From an uncultured Roseburia sp. (GTDB lineage: Bacteria; Bacillota; Clostridia; Lachnospirales; Lachnospiraceae): DNA of 64,000 nucleotides. The position numbers and the translations under genes are program-made. Shown one piece after another: positions 48,610-57,890 of the stretch. Numbering within the stretch: position 1 is the stretch's first letter; every line of letters starts with the position of its first letter. Where the stretch lies: the NCBI GenBank assembly GCA_910584215.1, contig CAJTYI010000002.1, forward strand, positions 21,249-85,248. Direction: 5' to 3'. Below the pieces are notes generated by a model. The model had not been told where the DNA came from. It saw nothing but the letters and a program-made list of their open reading frames with translations, and did no database searches.

Positions 48610-49195
48610 TTACTGCAATATCTCCCTCATCGTATTCTCTATCAGCTTATCATCAAACTTCGCTCCTACAAACACCGCTTCTTGATAGTAATGGGCATTC
48701 TTTTTGTTCTTATATTGCTTATCATCCGACGGCACAGACAGCAACTGCTCGAAAACAATCTGTGCAATCGGAAACCCTTTTCTAACCCTGATCGGATAAT
48801 CCGTAGCATTAAATAATCCCAAGCTTAAGATGCCCTCATATGTAGAATTGCAGTGCTGGCCGCTCACCAGCATTCCCAAACGCGTATACCGCGTCTTAGC
48901 CCTGATATGAGCTGTTATTTGATCAGGCAGCTTTGTTTTTTTCCGCAAGTTGTACCATTATATACTCTTTGGGAGATACGACATAACCATCATCTGTCAA
49001 ATCAATTTCTTCATAAACGCTGTCTATTGTACTCTGCTCTATGATATCCAAACATCTGATCTCTTTTTTGGACACCGTAATTTTCTTTCCAATAGAAACA
49101 TCATAAGATTCACTTTGCAGCTTTGCCTCGTCAAAAGGACTAATCAGTTCTTTTCCTTTCACCAATTCCCGAATCTCTTTATCTGTCAAAATCAT
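48610..49195 (-). pseudogene. dcd: dCTP deaminase (Dcd/dUTPase superfamily), split by a frameshift
   Basis: MILTDKEI...QSESYDVSIG joined to KLPDQITAHIRAKTRYTRLG...YEGILSLGLFN...IAQIVF across an A7 run at 48936-48942. Confidence 0.85.
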
Positions 49196-49290
49196 ATCTC
49201 GTCCTCTTGTGGCACACTTATTATTACATTATGACACATATGACAGTTTTTACAAGGATTTGAGACAATTTGCCTGACACTTTTGATGGT

Positions 49291-50454
49291 CTACGCCCTT
49301 GCAATCGCCTCCGCCAGCGCCTCCATTGCCGGCATATCACTCTCTTTTAATGTCGACTTGATGGTAACGGTCTCATCCAAAATCGTGATATTTTTCATGG
49401 TTTCGAGTATTCCCCGCATCGCTTTAGCCGCCGTCGGTCCCCAGGAACCATTCTCCATAATACCGACCGTGCGGTTCTGAAATGCCTTGGACTGCAGATG
49501 ATGTAAGAAATCCTGCATACAGGGGAACACGCCGCCGTCATAGCTGGCGCCGGCCAAAATCATGCGGTCATAGCGGAACGCATCCTCGACACACTCGGCC
49601 ATATCTTCTCTGGCAAGGTCACTGACTGTCACTTTCTCTACGCCTTTCGCGCGTACCAGCTCCGCCAGCTTCTCCGCCGCCTTTGCAGTATTGCCGTGAA
49701 TGGAGGCGTATGCGATAAACACCCCGCTGCTCTCCGGTTTGTAACTGCTCCAGGTATCGTAAAGACCTACATAATAAGCCAGGTTTTCTTTTAAAATCGG
49801 CCCGTGCAGCGGACAGATGACTGCGATATCCAGCCCGGCCGCTTTCTTTAATAAGGCCTGCACCGGCGCGCCATATTTGCCAACGATATTAAAATAGTAT
49901 CTTCTCGCCTCGCACGCCCACTCCTCGTCGGTATCCAGGGCGCCAAATTTACCGAATCCGTCAGCGGAGAACAATACTTTCTCGCTGCTCTCGTAGCTCA
50001 CCATGACCTCGGGCCAATGTACCATCGGCGCCATCATAAAGGTGAGCGTATGACTGCCCAAAGAGAGGGTATCACCCTCTTTTACAGCCAGTGTCTTTTG
50101 CTCTGGCACAAGATCAAAAAACTGCGGCAGCATGGCAAATGTCTTACTGTTGCCCACAATCGTAATCTCCGGATACAATTGCAGCAGCCTTCCGATACTG
50201 CCCGCATGGTCCGGCTCCAGATGGGAAATCACCAGATAATCAGGTGTCCTTTGGCCAAGCTCCGCCGCAAGGTTGTCCTCCCACTCTTTCATGCCTCTTG
50301 CATCCACGGTATCCATCACCGCAATTTTCTCGTCCATAATCAGGTAGGAATTGTAGGACACTCCGTTCGGCACCACATACTGACTCTCGAACAGATCGAT
50401 CGTTTTGTCATCCACTCCTATATACTTAATTGCATCTGAAATTGTAATCTTCAT
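49291..50454 (-). CDS. FprA-type flavodiiron protein
   Basis: GVSYNSYLI, HLEPDH, HWPE, SADGFG, PLHGP; flavodoxin YASIHGNT; start set at MKITISD. Confidence 0.93.
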   Translation of the reverse strand: MKITISDAIKYIGVDDKTIDLFESQYVVPNGVSYNSYLIMDEKIAVMDTVDARGMKEWEDNLAAELGQRTPDYLVISHLEPDHAGSIGRLLQLYPEITIVGNSKTFAMLPQFFDLVPEQKTLAVKEGDTLSLGSHTLTFMMAPMVHWPEVMVSYESSEKVLFSADGFGKFGALDTDEEWACEARRYYFNIVGKYGAPVQALLKKAAGLDIAVICPLHGPILKENLAYYVGLYDTWSSYKPESSGVFIAYASIHGNTAKAAEKLAELVRAKGVEKVTVSDLAREDMAECVEDAFRYDRMILAGASYDGGVFPCMQDFLHHLQSKAFQNRTVGIMENGSWGPTAAKAMRGILETMKNITILDETVTIKSTLKESDMPAMEALAEAIARA

Positions 50455-50732
50455 AATTAATCTCCATTCTGCGCTGTATCTGCGCATTAGTAATTTTGTG
50501 CCTTGGCAGCGCGAAGACACCGACTGCTGCACGAATTTATTCCTGCGTGAAAGCCTATTCCTGCATATCTTTTTTGACTGTCCTTTTTGCACTGCTTTTG
50601 CTGGATACATTATAAGCGATTTCGTCTCTGCTTTCAACGATTTTGTAGAAAGATTTTATCACTCTTAGCGATTCGGCATTACCGGCTGATAACTGTGCAT
50701 CAGGTGCGCAGTTGCAGGCCAAACTATTACAT

Positions 50733-51389
50733 CTATCCATCGATCCTGTAGTGTCCGACGATCTCGCCCCAGTTTTCCAGTATGTCCTCCTCATAGTGCA
50801 GCTGCAACGGATTGGCATGGTGAATGACAAACGGCACCCCGTTTCGATTGCGGTGATCGGAGACAATACCGATGTGGTGCGGAAAAATCACGACGTCCCC
50901 TCCCTGCCATTCGTCTATCCGGTCTAGGTCTGTCGTAAGCTGTACCGCTGTGTGCGCAAAATATACTTCCAGGTTTCTGACGCGCCGAAAATCAATCTTA
51001 TCGTCCGGTTCCGCGATATCATAATCCTTAGGATGCGCCAGAATATCTTCATTGACAAGCTTGCGCAAGTCATAACCTGCCCCAAGAAACGCCTGCGCCA
51101 CGACATCGGTGCAGACCCCATGCCCGTCATCCGGGTAGCCGGACGCATAATAGACACTCTTGTATTTCGGCTTTGTCGCCACATATTCTTTCGCACTCTG
51201 CAAAATATCAGTCTGATCGTCCACCCCGTCACGGTCGGCGTCCGTCTCACTGACATACGCGGTAATACCGAAATCAGCATTGGAATACTTTCTGTGCGGT
51301 ATAATATTGTAGCGGTACAACACATATACGAGCAGCCCCAACACAACCGCTGCAAACGCCAATATCACATATTTTATCCTTTTTTTCAT
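50733..51389 (-). CDS. DUF1287 family protein
   Basis: GVCTDVV, IDFRRVRNL, WQGGDVVIF, HIGIVSD. Confidence 0.88.
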   Translation of the reverse strand: MKKRIKYVILAFAAVVLGLLVYVLYRYNIIPHRKYSNADFGITAYVSETDADRDGVDDQTDILQSAKEYVATKPKYKSVYYASGYPDDGHGVCTDVVAQAFLGAGYDLRKLVNEDILAHPKDYDIAEPDDKIDFRRVRNLEVYFAHTAVQLTTDLDRIDEWQGGDVVIFPHHIGIVSDHRNRNGVPFVIHHANPLQLHYEEDILENWGEIVGHYRIDG

Positions 51390-51639
51390 AGAAATCTCCC
51401 TTCCGGAAACGTCGCAAACAGCCGTGTGATAAAACCAGCTATCGAACTAATTGTTCACACTAATCTCCATTCTTTAAACATTTTAGTTCGAGGAACCGCA
51501 AAAGAACATGGAAAAGCTTGCATAGCGAGTTTACAAATCCCGCGCGTGTACCAGAGAACAGCGTCAACTAAAATATAGCATCTCTTCCGCACGAATTCAA
51601 TCGTTCCATTCATTGATCTCATTTTTCTAAACGTTCCTC

Positions 51640-51678
51640 TTGCAATTTGCCGATCGTTATGATATGATTTTGATATCA
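51640..51678 (+). promoter_or_regulatory. sigmaA promoter overlapped by tandem TGATAT(G/C)A boxes
   Basis: TTGCAA-17 nt-TATGAT; TGATATGA-TTT-TGATATCA at 51660-51678. Confidence 0.55.
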
Positions 51679-51786
51679 ATTAAATATATTGTTTCTGCAC
51701 AACTAGAAGCCACATATTTTTTATGCAGCGCAATATACCAATCATTCTGATGTGGCTGTTGTCTGTCTGCAAGAACGGAGGTACTT

Positions 51787-52788
51787 ATGAAAGAAAAAGT
51801 TTTAACTACGAAGAAAAACGGCATGGGGGCACTGTTTGTGTTCCTTCTCCTGTATGCCGCAGCCATAGCAGGCTGTATCGGCGGGGGCTTTTTGATCGAA
51901 GCGGACGGCACGCCGCTTGTGTTTATCGTATGCTTTATCTATGTGATGCTAGGATGGATTCCGATGACGGGACTTAAAGTATTAAAGCCGCAGGAAGCGC
52001 TTGTGCTCACCTTATTTGGCAAATACATCGGCACACTCCGGGAACCGGGATTCTATTTTGTCAATCCGTTTTGTACGGCTGTCAACCCAGCCGCCAAGAC
52101 ACAATTAAACCAGAGCGGCGATGTTTCCAATAAATCTGCGTCTGCGGCAAATGCGGATGCGGCCGCTGCTGCTTCCAAAAAAATTTCCTTAAAAATTATG
52201 ACGCTAAACAACAGCCGTCAGAAAATCAACGACTGTCTGGGCAATCCCATCGAGATCGGCATCGCGGTCACCTGGAAAATCACGGACACCGCCAAAGCCG
52301 TTTTTAATGTAGATAATTACAAAGAATTTTTGTCTCTTCAGTGCGACAGCGCCCTGCGCAACATTGTCCGCCTCTACCCGTACGACGTGGCGCCAAACGT
52401 AGATACAACCGGAGACGGCGAGGCGGATGAGGGAAGCCTCCGCGGCTCCAGTGACGTCGTGGCCGGGCGCATCCGCGGGGAGATTCAGCAACGGGTGGAA
52501 GAGGCAGGCATCGAAGTGATCGAATCACGCATCACTTATCTGGCCTACGCCCCGGAAATCGCAGCCGTCATGCTGCAGCGCCAACAGGCTTCCGCCATCA
52601 TTGACGCCCGAAAGATGATCGTGGACGGCGCCGTGGGCATGGTGGAGATGGCCTTAGAACGCCTCAATGAAAAGCAGGTTGTCACCTTAGATGAAGAGCG
52701 CAAAGCGGCAATGGTATCCAATCTTCTGGTGGTTCTCTGCGGCAATCACGACGCGCAGCCGGTCGTCAACTCCGGCAGCCTCTATTAA
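51787..52788 (+). CDS. SPFH/band 7 domain membrane protein
   Basis: Two [43 protein letters not shown]. Confidence 0.9.
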   Translation: MKEKVLTTKKNGMGALFVFLLLYAAAIAGCIGGGFLIEADGTPLVFIVCFIYVMLGWIPMTGLKVLKPQEALVLTLFGKYIGTLREPGFYFVNPFCTAVNPAAKTQLNQSGDVSNKSASAANADAAAAASKKISLKIMTLNNSRQKINDCLGNPIEIGIAVTWKITDTAKAVFNVDNYKEFLSLQCDSALRNIVRLYPYDVAPNVDTTGDGEADEGSLRGSSDVVAGRIRGEIQQRVEEAGIEVIESRITYLAYAPEIAAVMLQRQQASAIIDARKMIVDGAVGMVEMALERLNEKQVVTLDEERKAAMVSNLLVVLCGNHDAQPVVNSGSLY

Positions 52789-52791
52789 GCT

Positions 52792-52995
52792 ATGGCTGAG
52801 AACACAAAGAAACAGATTCCGCTCAGGCTCTCACCAAAATTATATGATGCCATTGCGGCCTGGGCAGAGGATGATTTTCGTTCGGTGAACGGGCAAATCG
52901 AATATTTATTGACAGAATGTGTCAGACAGCGCAAAAAGAACGGAAAATATGTCTCCGAAGAAATTGATGTCCCACCGGAACTGGATATTTCCTGA
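52792..52995 (+). CDS. Arc-like ribbon-helix-helix DNA-binding protein
   Basis: [34 protein letters not shown]. Confidence 0.85.
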   Translation: MAENTKKQIPLRLSPKLYDAIAAWAEDDFRSVNGQIEYLLTECVRQRKKNGKYVSEEIDVPPELDIS

Positions 52996-53211
52996 AACGG
53001 CAGGCTTGTCATTGGGAAAGTCAACATACACTCTGTCACGACAGAATGGTTGCATGAAAACAAAATGATACGAATTAAGCCAGGGTTGCCGCTTTAAGAT
53101 GAAAGATACGCTTTAGGGATTGTTTTCGTTCCAAATGATTGCTATCGCTTGAAAACCACCTTATCCCGCAGTATATTCTCTTCCTGTGGCAACCCCGCTG
53201 TAATAAAATGC

Positions 53212-54300
53212 TTACCGTTTGATGTCGTAATTCATATTCATCAGATTGCGGATGCTGGCGACGTCGTCTGTGATATTGGCGTCCCCGCGGATGGTATGCT
53301 TGATCACGCTGCTAGCCACCGCAAAATTGACCATATCCATCGGCTTGTAATCGTGCATCATCGCATAAATCAGGCCGCTCGCAAACGCGTCGCCGCCGCC
53401 CACGCGGTCCAAAATATTAAACGTAAACAACTTACTCTCAAAGGTATGGTCCTCATACCACAAAAAAGCTTTCAGGCTGTTCTCGCTGCCGCTGTGGGCA
53501 TAGCGCACATGGCGGGCGATACACTTGAGGTTCGGATAGCGCTCCACAAACGCCTGAAAAATTTCGTCCTCCTGCTCATAACTCGGCTGCAGCGGCACTC
53601 CGTCTTTCACATCCCCCTTACTGTGATCATTTTCGTCCTTCCATAAATGATAAGGTTCAATTCCCAGCAAAACATCCACATAGGGCAGACACTCCGTACA
53701 AAAATCCCTCGCTTCCTCCCATGACCAAAGTTTACTGCGGAAGTTGCCGTCAAAGCTCACCGTTATTCCCATCTCTTTGGCCGCTTTTAAACAGTCCATT
53801 GTCAGGCTCCGGCAGTTTGGCGCGAGCGCCGGCGTAATGCCGCTTAAATGCAGCCATGTGAAGCCCTCCAGCAACTGATACAAATCGAGCGCACCAAAAT
53901 CATACTCCGTAATCGCGCTGTGCTTCCTGTCGTAGATCACTTTGCTGGCACGGATACCATACCCCGTCTCCAGATAATAACTGCCCAGCCGGTGGGACGG
54001 TGTCTCCTCCGGCGTGCTCAAAATCATCGGCGTGCAGTGCACGTCATTGCTGCGCAGCATACGAACCGCGCTTTTTCCCAGGCTGTTGTTTGGCACCACG
54101 CTGAAAAATGTGCTGTCTACACCGAGATTCGCCAGGGCGAGCGCGATATTTGCCTCACTGCCGCCATAGCTTGCCTCAAAGCTGCTGGCCATGCGGATTT
54201 TTTCATAATTCGGCGGCGTTAGGCGCAGCATAATTTCTCCGATCGTAATAAACTTATTTTTGCCGTCATTCCCCTTTAACAATGGATTTGTATGTTCCAT
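53212..54300 (-). CDS. PfkB family sugar kinase, 2-dehydro-3-deoxygluconokinase-like
   Basis: GEIMLRL, GGSEANIA, LSGITPAL, DGNFRSKLW, DRVGGGDAF. Confidence 0.88.
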   Translation of the reverse strand: MEHTNPLLKGNDGKNKFITIGEIMLRLTPPNYEKIRMASSFEASYGGSEANIALALANLGVDSTFFSVVPNNSLGKSAVRMLRSNDVHCTPMILSTPEETPSHRLGSYYLETGYGIRASKVIYDRKHSAITEYDFGALDLYQLLEGFTWLHLSGITPALAPNCRSLTMDCLKAAKEMGITVSFDGNFRSKLWSWEEARDFCTECLPYVDVLLGIEPYHLWKDENDHSKGDVKDGVPLQPSYEQEDEIFQAFVERYPNLKCIARHVRYAHSGSENSLKAFLWYEDHTFESKLFTFNILDRVGGGDAFASGLIYAMMHDYKPMDMVNFAVASSVIKHTIRGDANITDDVASIRNLMNMNYDIKR

Positions 54301-54338
54301 AATTTACCTCCTTCCCACTCGTGACCTCAAGTTCTTAT

Positions 54339-56561
54339 TCAACCCTTGGCCGCTATCATCGTGCTCACTTTTTCGGAATATTTACTGTACTTTATCTTGC
54401 CGTTTACCTTTTTAAAAGTGCGCATCTGATACGTACACTGATATGCCTTGCTTTTTTGCGGTATCTGCGTATCATCATACGTTACCTGTAGATTTCCCCT
54501 GATCGTAGCGATCTTCTTTCCATTGCGGTAAATTTCATATCCGTCCGCATCAATGACTCGCTCCCAAGTCAGACGCCTGGCGTCATTCCCCAGCCACTCA
54601 GCTACCCTAAGACCAAATATTCCGCCCAGCTTTTGGTTTGCGGCAACAAAGAAATTCGCAATCTGTGTGTACATCGGTTCAGAAAAATCCGTATACTGCT
54701 TTTTCGTTTTACCGTTTTGAGTAACCTTTTTAAAGCCGCGTATTTTATAATTGTGCACCATACCGCTTAAGACTTTATTGTCTGTATATTGTGTCGTCTT
54801 TTTGTCGGTAATAGTCGCAATCTTCTTATATTTTTCCTCTCCTGCCGGGGTGACGGTATTGCGGTAGAGCTCATATCCATCGACTCCGGACGCCGGGCGC
54901 CATACAATAATTCTGGAACCGTCACCGTTCCATTTGATCTCCGTAATCACCGGCGAGCCCATGGAAACACTGTCGGCTTTCTTAAACTTTTTGGGATTAA
55001 ACCCGGGAATATCGGTCCATGCATTGACCGGAACAAGCCCCATAAGTCCTGAGGTTGCCGCCACATAATCTTTGGTATCCATCTGCTGAAAGATGGTCCA
55101 TGCCAGCCGGTGCCTTCCCGCATCATCCGTCAGCCCCCAGTTGTAAGGGTCTCCCTCGTCGTACTCGCGCATGTAGACAAAACCCTCGAGCATATCATTG
55201 GCCTCTGTCAGATAGAATGCATAGGCGAGCGCTGCTGCCTGCAAATCTTCCCCGTAATTATAAGTATACGCCTGTTCGGAGAGCAGAATCTTGTGAGAAG
55301 CGCCATAATGCTTTTTCACATAATCCGCGAGTACATTGATATTTTTCATAGTGATGTAGGTGGAATTCTCATCGCCGGACACACCATCGCTCTCCTCCCA
55401 GAACTTCGGGTTGGACAACACCTGGGAGTAGGCGTGATAGGCAATATGGTAGGGTGTTTTGCCCATATATTTGTGAAAAACATCAAGCGTCTGCCTCGTG
55501 GTGTAAGAACCGCTTCCGCCGCCGTCCCAGTCCATATTCCAGTTATGGTCCAGTGAAATATAAACTTTAGCATTCTTGTTATAGCTTCTGGCCGCATAGC
55601 TGGCGATGCGGCAGGCATCCGCATACTGCTTCATATAAGCGTCCAGCCCCTGGCCGCCTGCATAGTTATAATCGCCGGGCGAATCGACCTCATTGCCGAT
55701 TATCCAGCCGGACACCAGATTGTCCTCTCCTCCGTAGCGTTTGCCAAGATAGGTCATCAGTGCCGCCCACGTACGGCAGCCTTCTGAGTTGCTGGTATTA
55801 ATCGAAGAGAAATACGCGCTGCCTCCCGGATACACCATGGCGTCCGCGCCGCTGGCGTATTGATAACCGCCCTTCAAAAGCATAATCACTTCCACCTGCA
55901 TCCCGGCGGAAACATAGGCAGATACCATCTTATCCCGGAAATTGAGTTCATCCCCGTCAAATTTGTATGTTTTCCCCTGATACTTAAACTTAACGATATT
56001 GGTCGTGTGCGCGTCGGCGAACAGGTCATTGATCGTCCAGTTCATGACGACGTGCTGCGCGCCAAGCTCCACGACGTCATTGATTTCGCCGTACCTGGCC
56101 TGTATCCCTTTTTTGGAAAAGATTTTCGCTCCGGTTCCTGCATAGGTGGCGGCAAGCTCCGGGTTGGCGATATATACCGCGTTGCTCACAGGCTGATATT
56201 TGCTGCCTTTTTTGTAGGCAACCGCATACTGCCGGCATGCCATCACTTCAGGTTTGTACTTTATCTGGAACGTGACCGTCCCTTTTTTCGCTTTCACGGA
56301 CGTAAGCGGCGTTGTGCTGACCGCTTTGTCAGTGGTCTGGCAGGCATCCAGTCCGATCAGGTACAGTTTGCCGCCCATGGCTTTTGTCTTTTTCTTTACT
56401 TTGGCCTTTACCGTCAGAGTTTTACCTTTCTGTCCCAATTTGCAGCTGCTTATCTTGACCTGCTGGCTGGCCGCCTGCAACGTCTGCGTGTGTAAAAAAA
56501 AGCAACAAGCCGCCACAAACATGGCAAGCAGCAAATAGCGGTATTTCTTCTGCGCTCTCAT
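54339..56561 (-). CDS. secreted DUF5722-type glycoside-hydrolase-like protein with FN3 repeats
   Basis: Signal peptide ending LQAAS; WIIGNEVD, YISLDH, IAYHAY, LLSEQAY; two FN3-like modules. Confidence 0.75.
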   Translation of the reverse strand: MRAQKKYRYLLLAMFVAACCFFLHTQTLQAASQQVKISSCKLGQKGKTLTVKAKVKKKTKAMGGKLYLIGLDACQTTDKAVSTTPLTSVKAKKGTVTFQIKYKPEVMACRQYAVAYKKGSKYQPVSNAVYIANPELAATYAGTGAKIFSKKGIQARYGEINDVVELGAQHVVMNWTINDLFADAHTTNIVKFKYQGKTYKFDGDELNFRDKMVSAYVSAGMQVEVIMLLKGGYQYASGADAMVYPGGSAYFSSINTSNSEGCRTWAALMTYLGKRYGGEDNLVSGWIIGNEVDSPGDYNYAGGQGLDAYMKQYADACRIASYAARSYNKNAKVYISLDHNWNMDWDGGGSGSYTTRQTLDVFHKYMGKTPYHIAYHAYSQVLSNPKFWEESDGVSGDENSTYITMKNINVLADYVKKHYGASHKILLSEQAYTYNYGEDLQAAALAYAFYLTEANDMLEGFVYMREYDEGDPYNWGLTDDAGRHRLAWTIFQQMDTKDYVAATSGLMGLVPVNAWTDIPGFNPKKFKKADSVSMGSPVITEIKWNGDGSRIIVWRPASGVDGYELYRNTVTPAGEEKYKKIATITDKKTTQYTDNKVLSGMVHNYKIRGFKKVTQNGKTKKQYTDFSEPMYTQIANFFVAANQKLGGIFGLRVAEWLGNDARRLTWERVIDADGYEIYRNGKKIATIRGNLQVTYDDTQIPQKSKAYQCTYQMRTFKKVNGKIKYSKYSEKVSTMIAAKG

Positions 56562-57002
56562 AAATCTTTCCCTCTCACTCCTTTTGAATCACAAGGCTAA
56601 ATAGAATTTAAGATGCTCTGCCTTTGGTCTGCATATTCGTCTTCCGTTATCATTCCGGCATCTTAATTCTATCCATCCTGTTTCTGTCTCGGGATATCCC
56701 GTACTATTTTGACATTGTGCCATGACTTTGCGCGCCCCGGCACCTGTCACGCCTGTCGTTATTATAACATACCGCCCCGCGTCTTACAACGTGTAATCAT
56801 GCGCTTCCCATCATCCATAAACATGCACTTTCCATTGTGCAGCCGCCCGCCTTATCGTCTGTCCATCATCATATACCTCCCACTGTCTGAACGCCTTTTT
56901 TATCATGCAAGCCCCATCAGACACTTATATCCGCAACGCCCCCGCGTTTGTCGATAACATCCGAGAACTTACACCTTTGCCGATATCTTACGGCCCCGCT
57001 TA

Positions 57003-57031
57003 TTGACTTCTATTTCTGCGCGGCATATACT
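57003..57031 (+). promoter_or_regulatory. sigmaA promoter upstream of the Uma2 gene
   Basis: TTGACT-17 nt-TATACT. Confidence 0.6.
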
Positions 57032-57131
57032 TACTTTAAAGGGTATTATGAAACGCAAAACCTGTAGTAAAACGTGTCGCAAACAAGTTTTATAGGGCAC
57101 CAATCTAAAGAAAGAACGGGTATCATGGCCT

Positions 57132-57674
57132 ATGACATTACAACAGAAAAAACTCTATACCATCGAAGATATCAATGCCCTGCCGGAAGAACAGAGGGCG
57201 GAGTTGTTTAACGGCCATATTTATATGATGGAGCTGCCGGACCCTGTACATCAGAAACTAGTCGCCGATATTACCATCGCTTTGGGTAACCATATTCATT
57301 CTATCGGCGGTGGCTGCGACGTTTTTCCGGCGCCTTTCGCCATATTCCCTTATGCCAGCCGGGACACCTATGTCGAACCGGACATCAGCATTGTCTGTGA
57401 CAAAAGTATATTGAGCAATCAGGGCTGCGAGGGCGCGCCTGATTTTATCATCGAGATCGTCTCCCCCTCCAGCCGCAGGATGGATTACGCTTTCAAAAAT
57501 GCCCTGTACGCTGACGCTGGGGTGCGGGAATACTGGATTGTAGATCCGCAAAAACAGCAAACCGTGATCTATGACTATAAAAACGACGCGGCGCCGCTGC
57601 TCCTCCCGTTTCGTCGGGAGATAACCTCCGTTGTTTTAGAAGGCTTTCATATCTGCGTTTCTGAGTTTCTTTAA
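57132..57674 (+). CDS. Uma2 family PD-(D/E)XK endonuclease
   Basis: RAELFNG, VEPDISIVCD, APDFIIEIVSPS, GVREYWIVDP. Confidence 0.92.
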   Translation: MTLQQKKLYTIEDINALPEEQRAELFNGHIYMMELPDPVHQKLVADITIALGNHIHSIGGGCDVFPAPFAIFPYASRDTYVEPDISIVCDKSILSNQGCEGAPDFIIEIVSPSSRRMDYAFKNALYADAGVREYWIVDPQKQQTVIYDYKNDAAPLLLPFRREITSVVLEGFHICVSEFL

Positions 57675-57746
57675 TAGTAACCGTTCTATTCAACTGGTAC
57701 ATGTGAAACCGCTTGTAATTTTCGATAACAGCATTTTAACAGCACA

Positions 57747-57792
57747 GGGCTGCCGCTTTGCGATTGATAATCACAGCGGCAGCCCGTTTTTT
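57747..57792 (+). terminator. intrinsic terminator
   Basis: GGGCTGCCGCT...AGCGGCAGCCC followed by GTTTTTT. Confidence 0.75.
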
Positions 57793-57814
57793 GTGCGGGA
57801 AAGAAACTGCGCTT

Positions 57815-57870
57815 TTATTCCAAATATTTGATAGGTGGTAAAAAAGCTGCGTCTTATTCCAAATATTTGA
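57815..57870. repeat. 17-bp direct repeat with an internal palindrome
   Basis: TTATTCCAAATATTTGA at 57815 and 57854. Confidence 0.85.
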
Positions 57871-57890
57871 AAGATCATTTTACCCGAATT

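Noticed and set aside
48930..48948. Programmed -1 frameshift at A-AAA-AAC in dcd
   Set aside because: Restoring the frame needs a +1 shift (one extra A), so the -1 slippery motif does not explain it
53080..53196. GGGTTGCC...GGCAACCC inverted repeat as an ncRNA or mobile element end
   Set aside because: Arms are only 8 bp, with no transposase or target duplication
57040..57110. Possible c-di-GMP riboswitch in the Uma2 leader
   Set aside because: Only a hairpin and partial motifs (GCAAA, GGGCAC); the full consensus cannot be built and a cmscan would be needed
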